A stretch of DNA of 64,000 bases from Picochlorum sp. SENEW3 (taxonomy: Eukaryota). Below the pieces are notes generated by a model. That model worked only from the letters and a program-made list of their open reading frames with translations, was not told the DNA's origin and did not search any database. Below, one piece after another: positions 55,805 through 64,000 of the stretch (position 1 is its first letter; each line of letters begins with the position of its first letter). The stretch is taken from contig CP120464.1 of the NCBI GenBank assembly GCA_034226945.1, positions 124,001 to 188,000 on the forward strand, in the 5' to 3' direction. The position numbers and the translations under genes were made by a program.

Positions 55805-57667
55805 TCATAATAACATACTTGCTGGGTCTTCGATGTATCCCTTGAATGCCTGCAACCATTGTGCCCCAACAGCACCGTCAATAACTCTATGGTCACAACT
55901 CAATGTGACAGTCACAAAAGTTCCCTGCTCAAACCCGGCACCATCAGCAGATGGCACCACATTCTTCTCTGCCGATCCAACAGCCAATATACATGCCTGT
56001 GGTGGGTTTACAATTGCAGAAAACTGGGTCACACCAAACATGCCAAGATTGGACACTGTAAAAGTTCCATCTGCAGACTCATCGGGCATAAGCTTTCCTT
56101 CCCGTGCCCTCTGTGCAAGCGATTTCACGTCAGCTGAAATCGCTGCCAAACCCTTTTTATCTGCATTACGAACAACAGGTACCATCAAACCTGCTGGTGT
56201 CTGAACAGCAACACTGCAATTGACTGAATTGTATTGTCTGATAAAGTCCTCATGCCAGGACGCATTTGCCTCTGGAACCTTTTTCAACGCCATCGCCGAT
56301 GCTTTGATAATGAAATCATTCATGCTGATTTTACCTCCATCACTTGCTGCGAGCGACTCATTCAACTTGGCTCGCAAGGCTGATAATGTATCAATACGGC
56401 AAGAAGCTGACAGGTAATAATGTGGAATGGTTTGCTTGGACTCTAACAATCTCTGTGCAATCACTCGTCGGATACCTGTGGTTGCTTCATCAGTAAATAC
56501 AGATGACACTGCTGCCTGTCCTCCAGATACTGGAGCATTCAACACGTCTGCAGAAACAATGCGTCCACCAGGACCAGACCCTTGCAGTCCATGCAAATCA
56601 ACACCCTTCTCACCAGCCACTTTGCGCGCGTATGGACTGGCAATCACTCGATCTCCCGACTGTTTTACAGGCTGTTGTACAGGCGCCTTTGGCGTCGCTG
56701 CAGGAGATGGTGTGCTTTCCTGTGGAGGTGCTGCTGCAGCAGCAGCAGCAGGGGCAGGCGCCGCCGCTGCTCCAACATCGGCAATCGTAAACGACTTGAA
56801 AGCACCCAAATCATCCGCACTGTCGATCTGAACAAAAACAGGAGACCCAACCTCAATTCCAGACGTCCCCTCTGGCACCAAAATCTGAGCAAGCACGCCA
56901 TCCTCTTGAGCTTCCCACTCCATTGAAGCCTTATCTGTCTCAATCTCAGCCAACACATCTCCAGCAGAAATCTCATCCCCAACAGACTTTTTCCACTTCA
57001 ACAACGTCCCCTCAGACATTGTCGGAGACAATGCAGGCATGGACATCACCTCATGCGCAGGAAATGATGATGATGACGGTGCTGCTGCTGCTGCAGGCTC
57101 TTCCTTTGTCTCTGCAGCAGGCGCCGCAGACGTAGAAACATCCGCAGAAGCATCATACTCTGCAAATGCAGCCACATCCCCTTCCTCCTCAACCAATATC
57201 GCAACCGGAACACCTACTTCAATATTCTGAGACCCATCCCCCTTGAGAATCTTTGCCAGGAACCCCTCCTCCTGAGCCTCCCACTCAATACTCGCCTTAT
57301 CCGTCTCAACCTCACAATAAATATCCCCAGGCTGCACCGAATCCCCTTCCTTCTTCTTCCAAGACACAATATTACCCTGCGACATTGTAGGGGACAGCGC
57401 TGGCATGGACAATTTCTCATGCTCTGGAAGACTCCCACCAGATGACATCCACCGACGGGCAGCATCATCAGTATACCCCTGCCATCTCAAAGACGAAGAC
57501 GATACTAACGAAGAAACCTCCCGCCTCGCACTGCTGCTGCTATTGCTACTGAACCCACACCCCACAGACTCTGCCCCTTGCTGCCACCAGGTCGAACCCG
57601 CCAACAAACGGCATCCACTCAAATACCGCCGACCACCACGCCACGCATGCATCATATATAGACTCAT
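55805..57667 (-). CDS. Mitochondrial pyruvate dehydrogenase E2 (dihydrolipoamide acetyltransferase) with two lipoyl domains
   Basis: Two MPALSPTM...ETDKAS lipoyl domains, E3-binding ASPYAR...GSGPGGRI, catalytic CDHRVIDGA. Confidence 0.96.
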   Translation of the reverse strand: MSLYMMHAWRGGRRYLSGCRLLAGSTWWQQGAESVGCGFSSNSSSSARREVSSLVSSSSLRWQGYTDDAARRWMSSGGSLPEHEKLSMPALSPTMSQGNIVSWKKKEGDSVQPGDIYCEVETDKASIEWEAQEEGFLAKILKGDGSQNIEVGVPVAILVEEEGDVAAFAEYDASADVSTSAAPAAETKEEPAAAAAPSSSSFPAHEVMSMPALSPTMSEGTLLKWKKSVGDEISAGDVLAEIETDKASMEWEAQEDGVLAQILVPEGTSGIEVGSPVFVQIDSADDLGAFKSFTIADVGAAAAPAPAAAAAAAPPQESTPSPAATPKAPVQQPVKQSGDRVIASPYARKVAGEKGVDLHGLQGSGPGGRIVSADVLNAPVSGGQAAVSSVFTDEATTGIRRVIAQRLLESKQTIPHYYLSASCRIDTLSALRAKLNESLAASDGGKISMNDFIIKASAMALKKVPEANASWHEDFIRQYNSVNCSVAVQTPAGLMVPVVRNADKKGLAAISADVKSLAQRAREGKLMPDESADGTFTVSNLGMFGVTQFSAIVNPPQACILAVGSAEKNVVPSADGAGFEQGTFVTVTLSCDHRVIDGAVGAQWLQAFKGYIEDPASMLL

Positions 57668-58258
57668 ATCGATAGAAGCAACGCAATCAGAACTCCAACT
57701 ATCGCAAAAGTCGTGAAAGAAAAAGACAGTCCACCACCACGCACAGCATGAACAATCCTCTCCCTGCAACATCAACCAATAAGAATTACATAACAATCAA
57801 GAAATCCATCCACACATGCGATCAATCACAATCCAGCACAACAAGCATCTCAGCCATTGGCAATTCGTATTACCCTCGCCTGCCCCAAAAACCCAATCCA
57901 CCCCTCTGATCCATCATTCTCGCACCTGCGATATTTACATCCAAATTGTATACAACCATCTGGGTATCTTGGCCCACATACATGCATCCAGAGAGTGCGA
58001 TGTTGCATGCGTGGTTGTTTCAACAGAGGTACCATCAAATACCTTGTTTGATGGGATTATTGCTGTTTCGTATATATTTCGACCCACATGTCCGATCGAA
58101 TGAGCCATTCATCCGAAGATGTGTATATAGCAAAAATTGAACCCAGAAACTCCATGCTGTAGTATAATCATAGGCAACCTCCATCTCTTCTCTCTCGTTG
58201 TCATTGTATATAGAATTATTCAAGTTTTTCTATAGACAGAGAAGTGCGGTGTTGAGAG

Positions 58259-59812
58259 ATGACGATGGGGTGCGTTCAGGATTGCCATGCAACGAGGCCC
58301 TACCCGAGTTCCCAACCTAGGGTAACGTTGAGGGTTCCTCAGAGGTGCCATGTGGGTACGAGAGGGAGGAATAGGTATTCTGGTAGTGGAAAGGGGGTCA
58401 TGGAAGGTGTGGGAGGATGGAGGAGGGTATTGTCGAATGGCGTGACGAGGGCTGCTGCTGTGAGCCAGGATGGAGCAGCACCTTGGGCATCCAAGCCAGC
58501 TGCAAGGTGGGTGGCGCTGTGTGTGTGTGTTTTTGATGTGTGCTTTGGTTGTATGATTGTATGTCGCTGTGTAGGTTGGTGTTGGAGGATGGCAGTGTAT
58601 GGCATGGGACTGCATTTGGTCATACTGGTGTGCAAGGTGGGTACTATTATTTTATTTTATTTTGTGGTTCTTCTTTCTTGTTTACAGATGATGTGACATC
58701 ATGATACATATATTCTCATACTACTATTTTATTTAATGTATGCAGTTGGAGAATGTGTGTTTAATACGTCCATGACTGGGTATCAAGAAATTTTGACAGA
58801 TCCAAGTTACAAGGGTCAGTTTGTGGTGTTCACCTATCCCCATATTGGGAACGTCGGTATTAATCCAGAGGATATGGAGAGTACAAAGTGTCATTTAGGG
58901 GGTGTTATTGTGCGAGATTTGTCCCTGACTGTGTCGAATTACAGAGCACATATGACATTGGATGAGTACTGCAAGTCACAGCAGGTGATGGGTATTGCGA
59001 ATGTGGACACCAGAGCGATTACCCGCAGATTGCGAGTGGATGGATGCTTGAATGGTGTGATTTGCACTGATGCGTCGAAATCGGATGATGAGTTGATTGC
59101 CATGACGAAAAGCTGGAGCATTGTGGGTCAGGATTTGATCAAAGAGGTGACATGCTCAGAGCCATATGAATGGAAGGATACTTCTGGGGAGTGGGAGTTT
59201 AGTGCCGATGCTGCATCGCAAGATCAGCCATATAAGGTTGTGTGCTACGATTTTGGAATTAAGCAGAATATTCTTCGCCGTTTAGCATCCTATAATTGCT
59301 CCTTGACTGTTGTCCCAGCAGATTATCCTGCAGAAAAGGTGCTGGAGATGAACCCAGATGGTGTCTTCTTCTCCAATGGCCCGGGCGATCCATCTGCTGT
59401 GCCATATGCTGTTGAGAATGCAAAGAAGATTGTTGGGAAGAAACCAGTGTTTGGTATTTGCATGGGACATCAAGTGTTGGGTCAGGCATTTGGGGCGTCC
59501 ACCTTCAAGCTCAAGTTTGGCCATCACGGAGGAAACCATCCAATTCGGTTTGAATCTGACGGACGTATTGAAATTTCAGCACAGAATCATAATTTTGCAG
59601 TCGATCCATCGTCCTTGCCTGACGATGTCATTGTATCCCACGTGAATTTGAACGATGGAACCTGTGCCGGTCTGGTGGCGCCTTCCCTCAAGGCCATGAC
59701 TATTCAGTACCACCCAGAGGCAAGTCCAGGCCCTCATGATGCTGACATTTGCTTTAAGCAATACATTGATATGATGGCTGCAGAACGACAAGCAGCCGCA
59801 GTTCCTGTATGA
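58259..59812 (+). CDS. carA: Carbamoyl-phosphate synthase small subunit, plastidial (introns 58507-58574, 58637-58745)
   Basis: RLVLEDGS..G.AFG, GECVFNTSMTGYQEILTDPSY, SNGPGDP, GICMGHQ, QYHPEASPGPHD. Confidence 0.96.
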
Positions 59813-59964
59813 TATTACGTAGATAGATTGTAAGGTTTTCTCCGCGTCCTCTTGTGTTTTTAATATGACGAAATACGGATTCGGACATGTAGGAACAGCT
59901 GTCTCCCTGCCTCGTGCTAGATATATTTAGATCAAGATTCAGTATTACCGATAGAGTTTACATT

Positions 59965-60927
59965 ATGATGCAGCAGTTGGTGTCTGTCAAGTACAGATCA
60001 AATGTTATCAATACGGCAAGAATGGGAAACTCGCATCGACGCTTGTCCAATGCCCGTCAGAGAGCTGTTCAGGCTTCAGCTGTGAATATGGATCAGATCA
60101 AGGGTGCTCGTGGTCAGATCCGTTCTGTTTTGGAGGAAACGCATGCAAATCCAATCTTTGTGAGGTTGGCGTGGCATGATTCTGGGTCGTACAGTGACGC
60201 CCTCAAGAACGAGCCTTGGCCTGCTGCCGGAGGAGCGACGGGAAGCATTCGATTCAAGCCAGAGTTGGGGTATGGGGCGAACAATGGTCTTGATTCTGCT
60301 TTGGATCTCTTAAAGCCTGTTAAGGAAGCATTTCCAGAGGTGACTTGGGCTGATCTGATTCAATTGGCTTCCTCAGAGGCTATTGAGCATGCAGGAGGTC
60401 CACATATTCCTCTTCGAGTGGGGCGTCGGGATGCCGAGGGTTCAAAGGATTGTGCTCCTGATGGTCGTCTTCCGGCTGCCGCGGGCCCATTCCCTGATAA
60501 AGCAGCGAATCCAGCAGAGCATTTGAGGAATGTGTTCCATCGAATGGGTCTGAACGATCAGGATATTGTCGTTCTTTCAGGGGCGCATACATTGGGAAGG
60601 GCTCGTCCAGAGAGGAGTGGTTTCGGGAAAGAATCCACAAAGTATACCAAGGATGGACCAGGCAAGCCAGGAGGATCCAGTTGGACTGTCAAGTGGCTGG
60701 AGTTTGACAATAGGTATTTTGTGGAGATTAAAGAGCAGAGGGATGAGGATTTGCTCGTTCTTCCAACAGATGCGGCATTGTTTGAAGACGAAGGATTCAA
60801 GCCATTTGCCGAAAAGTACGCTGTGGATAACGAAGCATTCTGTGCGGATTATATCACCTCGCATCTCAAATTGAGTGAGTTGGGATCAGATTGGCTGGAA
60901 GGAGGCCCTGTGTCTATTGATGCGTAA
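59965..60927 (+). CDS. APX: Ascorbate peroxidase, chloroplast stromal type
   Basis: VRLAWHDSG, LSGAHTLGRARPERSG, plastid-type insert TKYTKDGPGKPGGSSWT, LLVLPTDAALFED. No C-terminal thylakoid anchor. Confidence 0.95.
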   Translation: MMQQLVSVKYRSNVINTARMGNSHRRLSNARQRAVQASAVNMDQIKGARGQIRSVLEETHANPIFVRLAWHDSGSYSDALKNEPWPAAGGATGSIRFKPELGYGANNGLDSALDLLKPVKEAFPEVTWADLIQLASSEAIEHAGGPHIPLRVGRRDAEGSKDCAPDGRLPAAAGPFPDKAANPAEHLRNVFHRMGLNDQDIVVLSGAHTLGRARPERSGFGKESTKYTKDGPGKPGGSSWTVKWLEFDNRYFVEIKEQRDEDLLVLPTDAALFEDEGFKPFAEKYAVDNEAFCADYITSHLKLSELGSDWLEGGPVSIDA

Positions 60928-61017
60928 ACACTCACTTCCTACTACCATTATTACTATTATTACCACGGCGATGATGATACCATTACGAGTACTATGTGTT
61001 TGCATTGTAAGAAATAA

Positions 61018-62187
61018 TCATCTTTTGACATGAAAATGGTCTGTCAAGGCATGTATGGTCTGTTCAGCTCCGTCAAGCTCTTCCGTCACTTTTTTAATAA
61101 TCTGTTCCTGAGCACCCTGAAATTCGTCGTTCAGAGAATTCAACTCGTACCGTAACCGTCCAACATATGCCTGATACTCTTTGAACTTTGAAAGCACATG
61201 CTCCATCTTGTCAGCAACATGGTCCTCCAAAGCATTCAACTTGAGCTGTAATCCATCACGTGTTTCTCGCATTGTATCCACTACTTCTCTATTCGACGAT
61301 TCCAGGTGCATCTCATGCGCTTGTAAACGGGACTTGATAGCTTCTATCTCTGGGACAAGCATCTGTTCAATGCGTTCTGATGTAGATGCTGTGCTCTCAT
61401 CAATCCCCTTCTGCACACGAACAATCTCTTCATCCAAACGTGGTACATCTTGCTCTAGAATACCATTCAGCGACCCTTGCATCTGTTCCATCTCTCGTCG
61501 CACATCAGATTGCGCTGCCTTCACCTCTTCCACTGCAGACATCACTTGCTCATGATGCACGACATGCTGCCTCTTCACAGCCTCCAAGGACGCCTGCATC
61601 TCATCGAATTGCTCAGCAATCCGCTCCACAAGCTTGGCGAGAGACGCATTTGTCTCCTGTTTCACACGATCAATGTCATCCTCTAAAAGACCAAACCCTT
61701 CCACCAAGTCCTCTTGTCGCTGCTCTACATCATGCATTCGACCCTCTTCCACGCTCATATGTCTCTTATACTCTCTCGTATGCACATGAAACTGTTTCTG
61801 TAGCTTTTCCAGTGCATCCGTCAGCGTCGCAACCTGACGAACAACGTTGACCTCCTGAACAACAAGAAGAACACACCATGATTCACACATCGCATCTTCC
61901 AGTCCCGACCGCCATATATATCAACAGAAAATGGTACGACATACCTTTATTTCGTTCAGAAACTCGGATTCCCTCCGACCCTGTCCTTCGATAATTTTCA
62001 AACGTTCGGTGAGGTCTTGAATACTCACATCCTGCACAAAACACCCATCTAAGCCCATATAAACACATATATGCTACTTAGTACCACATTTAATGCGCAC
62101 ATGCTGGCGTAGAGAAAGCTGCTGCTCGCCAAGGCGATCCAACAACCGATCCACCCGGTGACGTTCTTCTTCCTTCACAGAATTCAT
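61018..62187 (-). CDS. Hypothetical coiled-coil protein (introns 62032-62100, 61855-61944)
   Basis: Two phase-0 GT-AG introns join MNSVKEEE...RQH|DVSIQDL...NEIK|EVNVVRQ; heptad-rich throughout. Confidence 0.75.
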
Positions 62188-62228
62188 ATATGGCGTCGAT
62201 TGTCGTGTAAATATCTATAAAATTACAA

Positions 62229-64000
62229 TTACACAACATAATTCATCTTCATCTGGGATTCTAAATGAATCCTGGCGTATTCCACTGCTTCTCCCATGGA
62301 GACCTGGACCCCTCCAGGACCAAGTTCAGTAATCAAATCTCCTCTCATAAGCATAATCAGCATGGTTTTTGATGGGTTGGCTAGTATCAGATGGATGTCA
62401 TCCGACTTAAGTTCTCTCACTAGATCTTGGAACATGTGGAGGCCAGCGACGTCAATGTCTGGCGATGGGGACAGGTCAATAATGACATAGCGAACCTTGT
62501 CTCCAACTATTTCATGGGCTGCCTTGCTTCTTCGTAGCTTGTCGAATAAAAAGTCCTTGATTCCTTCAATATTTGCGAAATATATTGGTGCATCGATACG
62601 GAAAAGGATCATTCCTGGTGGTTCTTCTGCGTCTGGGTACATATTCACGTTTCTATAAATGCTTGTGTTTGGCAGTTTTCCAAGAGAGGTGATTCTTGGG
62701 AATGCCGTCTTGTAGATGACGAGGACAAGAGAGACGCCGACGCCAACTAAAATTCCTACTTCAACACCCAAGAATAATGTGAAGAGGAATGTAAAAACCC
62801 AGACGAGCCAGTCGAGTTTTGACACCTGCCACAGCTCCAAAAAGTCCTCATACTGCAACAGACCCATGACACCGACAATAATGATGGCGCCTTGCACATT
62901 CTTACTCATATTGGTGAAGACTGGGGTCAACGCGACCAGGACAATTAAGACAAGGATACCAGTGATGAAGTTGGACAGAGGCGTCTTGGCTCCTACTGAA
63001 TCATTGACGGCAGATCTTGAAAAGGACCCAGTGGTGGTGTAGCAATTGAATGCTGCTCCAAAGAGATTGGCGATACCCAAGCCTCGTAATTCTTGCGTCG
63101 CATCCAGCCTATCTTTATTTTTCTGGGCTAATGCTTTCGCGATAGACATACTCTCAGTTATATCGATGAGGCAGATGATAATGGAGAGCAGAATTTGTCG
63201 CCCCACATCAAACAAGGGAAACCACCATCCAACAGTCACAGCTGGAAGGCCTCTCGGAATCTCTCCAATGTTCGCAATGACAGGAGCCCCATCTGGTGTA
63301 TACCATTTAAAAATATTCATCAGCGCGATTGAGACGATGCATACCGTCAATGGTCCGAGTGCTCGCAGGAATCCTAATGACTTGACCCTGCGGGACAAGA
63401 CTCTAAAGATGAGCAGAATCAGCACATACGACATGCCCATACTAAATTCTTGCCAACTAAATTGATCAAGTCCATGGAATATTTCTTTTAGATTTTCTTG
63501 AAACGTGTCTGCGCGTGGAATACTCAGTCCCAGCATGTACTTGACCTGGGATAGAGCAATAAGAATGGCAGCACCGCTCATAAATCCAGAAATTGTTGCA
63601 TGCGACAAAAAGTACGTCAACCACCCGAGAGCTAGCAACCCAATCGCCGTGTATAATACACCAGCTAAAAATGCTACTTGAATCGCAGCACGCGAGAAAT
63701 CATCGCATGTGGCACCCCCATCAAATGTGTCTGTTCCATTGGATGTCCCAGCCGCGGTGGCATTGAAATCCTCCGTGCCCGTGTCGGTATAGCAGGGACT
63801 GGAAATCCCAAACAACGATTCCAGTCCATTTCCGAGAAGAATTGACGTCACCGCAACAGGACCGACAGACAGTTGTTTCGAATTCCCAAGCAATGAGTAA
63901 ATGAGGCAGGGGACAAATGCTCCATACAACCCATAGACCTGTGGCAACCCTGCCAAATTCGCATAACTCATTCCCTGAGGAATCACCATGGCACCAACAG
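62229..64000 (-). CDS. SULTR: SLC26/SULTR sulfate transporter with STAS domain (5' end outside window)
   Basis: VIPQGMSYANLAGLP, GPVAVTS, TTGSFSRSAVN, STAS FRIDAPIYFAN. Confidence 0.95.
   Translation of the reverse strand, partial: VGAMVIPQGMSYANLAGLPQVYGLYGAFVPCLIYSLLGNSKQLSVGPVAVTSILLGNGLESLFGISSPCYTDTGTEDFNATAAGTSNGTDTFDGGATCDDFSRAAIQVAFLAGVLYTAIGLLALGWLTYFLSHATISGFMSGAAILIALSQVKYMLGLSIPRADTFQENLKEIFHGLDQFSWQEFSMGMSYVLILLIFRVLSRRVKSLGFLRALGPLTVCIVSIALMNIFKWYTPDGAPVIANIGEIPRGLPAVTVGWWFPLFDVGRQILLSIIICLIDITESMSIAKALAQKNKDRLDATQELRGLGIANLFGAAFNCYTTTGSFSRSAVNDSVGAKTPLSNFITGILVLIVLVALTPVFTNMSKNVQGAIIIVGVMGLLQYEDFLELWQVSKLDWLVWVFTFLFTLFLGVEVGILVGVGVSLVLVIYKTAFPRITSLGKLPNTSIYRNVNMYPDAEEPPGMILFRIDAPIYFANIEGIKDFLFDKLRRSKAAHEIVGDKVRYVIIDLSPSPDIDVAGLHMFQDLVRELKSDDIHLILANPSKTMLIMLMRGDLITELGPGGVQVSMGEAVEYARIHLESQMKMNYVV

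Noticed and set aside
56870..57410. Internal duplication in the E2 gene
   Set aside because: Explained by the well-known tandem lipoyl domains.

Overview
Eukaryotic nuclear DNA from a very gene-dense green microalga. The inference is a trebouxiophyte, Picochlorum-like: short GT-AG introns mostly 64-92 nt, intergenic gaps often under 100 bp, and the chlorophyte-type TGTAA poly(A) signal after most stop codons. About 33 protein genes can be reconstructed by hand-splicing: TOP2 3' end, patatin, PH-domain CAMK-type kinase, PP2C, 3xRRM protein, Prp5, NAA38, SEC3, IPK1, cytidine deaminase, homomeric ACCase, PsbX, AspAT, SerRS, PXA-PX nexin, NCBP3, MurE-like, NAD(P)-binding protein, GT77-like transferase, STN7/8-like kinase with FF domains, DUF3228, EHD, COX19, NOL8-like, CIA1, MSH4-like, PDC E2, CarA, APX, sulfate transporter and several orphans. 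The most unusual items are: (1) a 251-bp, 99%-identical direct repeat abutting the start codons of two unrelated orphan genes and bracketing a 3.7-kb two-gene cassette; (2) an oversized, heavily structured PsbX intron that may hold an ncRNA; (3) a plastid STN-type kinase fused to FF domains; (4) motif-degenerate MurE and MSH4 homologues and a kinase with DYD in place of DFG; (5) extreme gene packing, including overlapping convergent CDSs, 14-21 bp same-strand gaps and stop codons fused to the poly(A) signal. All family assignments are from motif recognition by eye; no searches were run.
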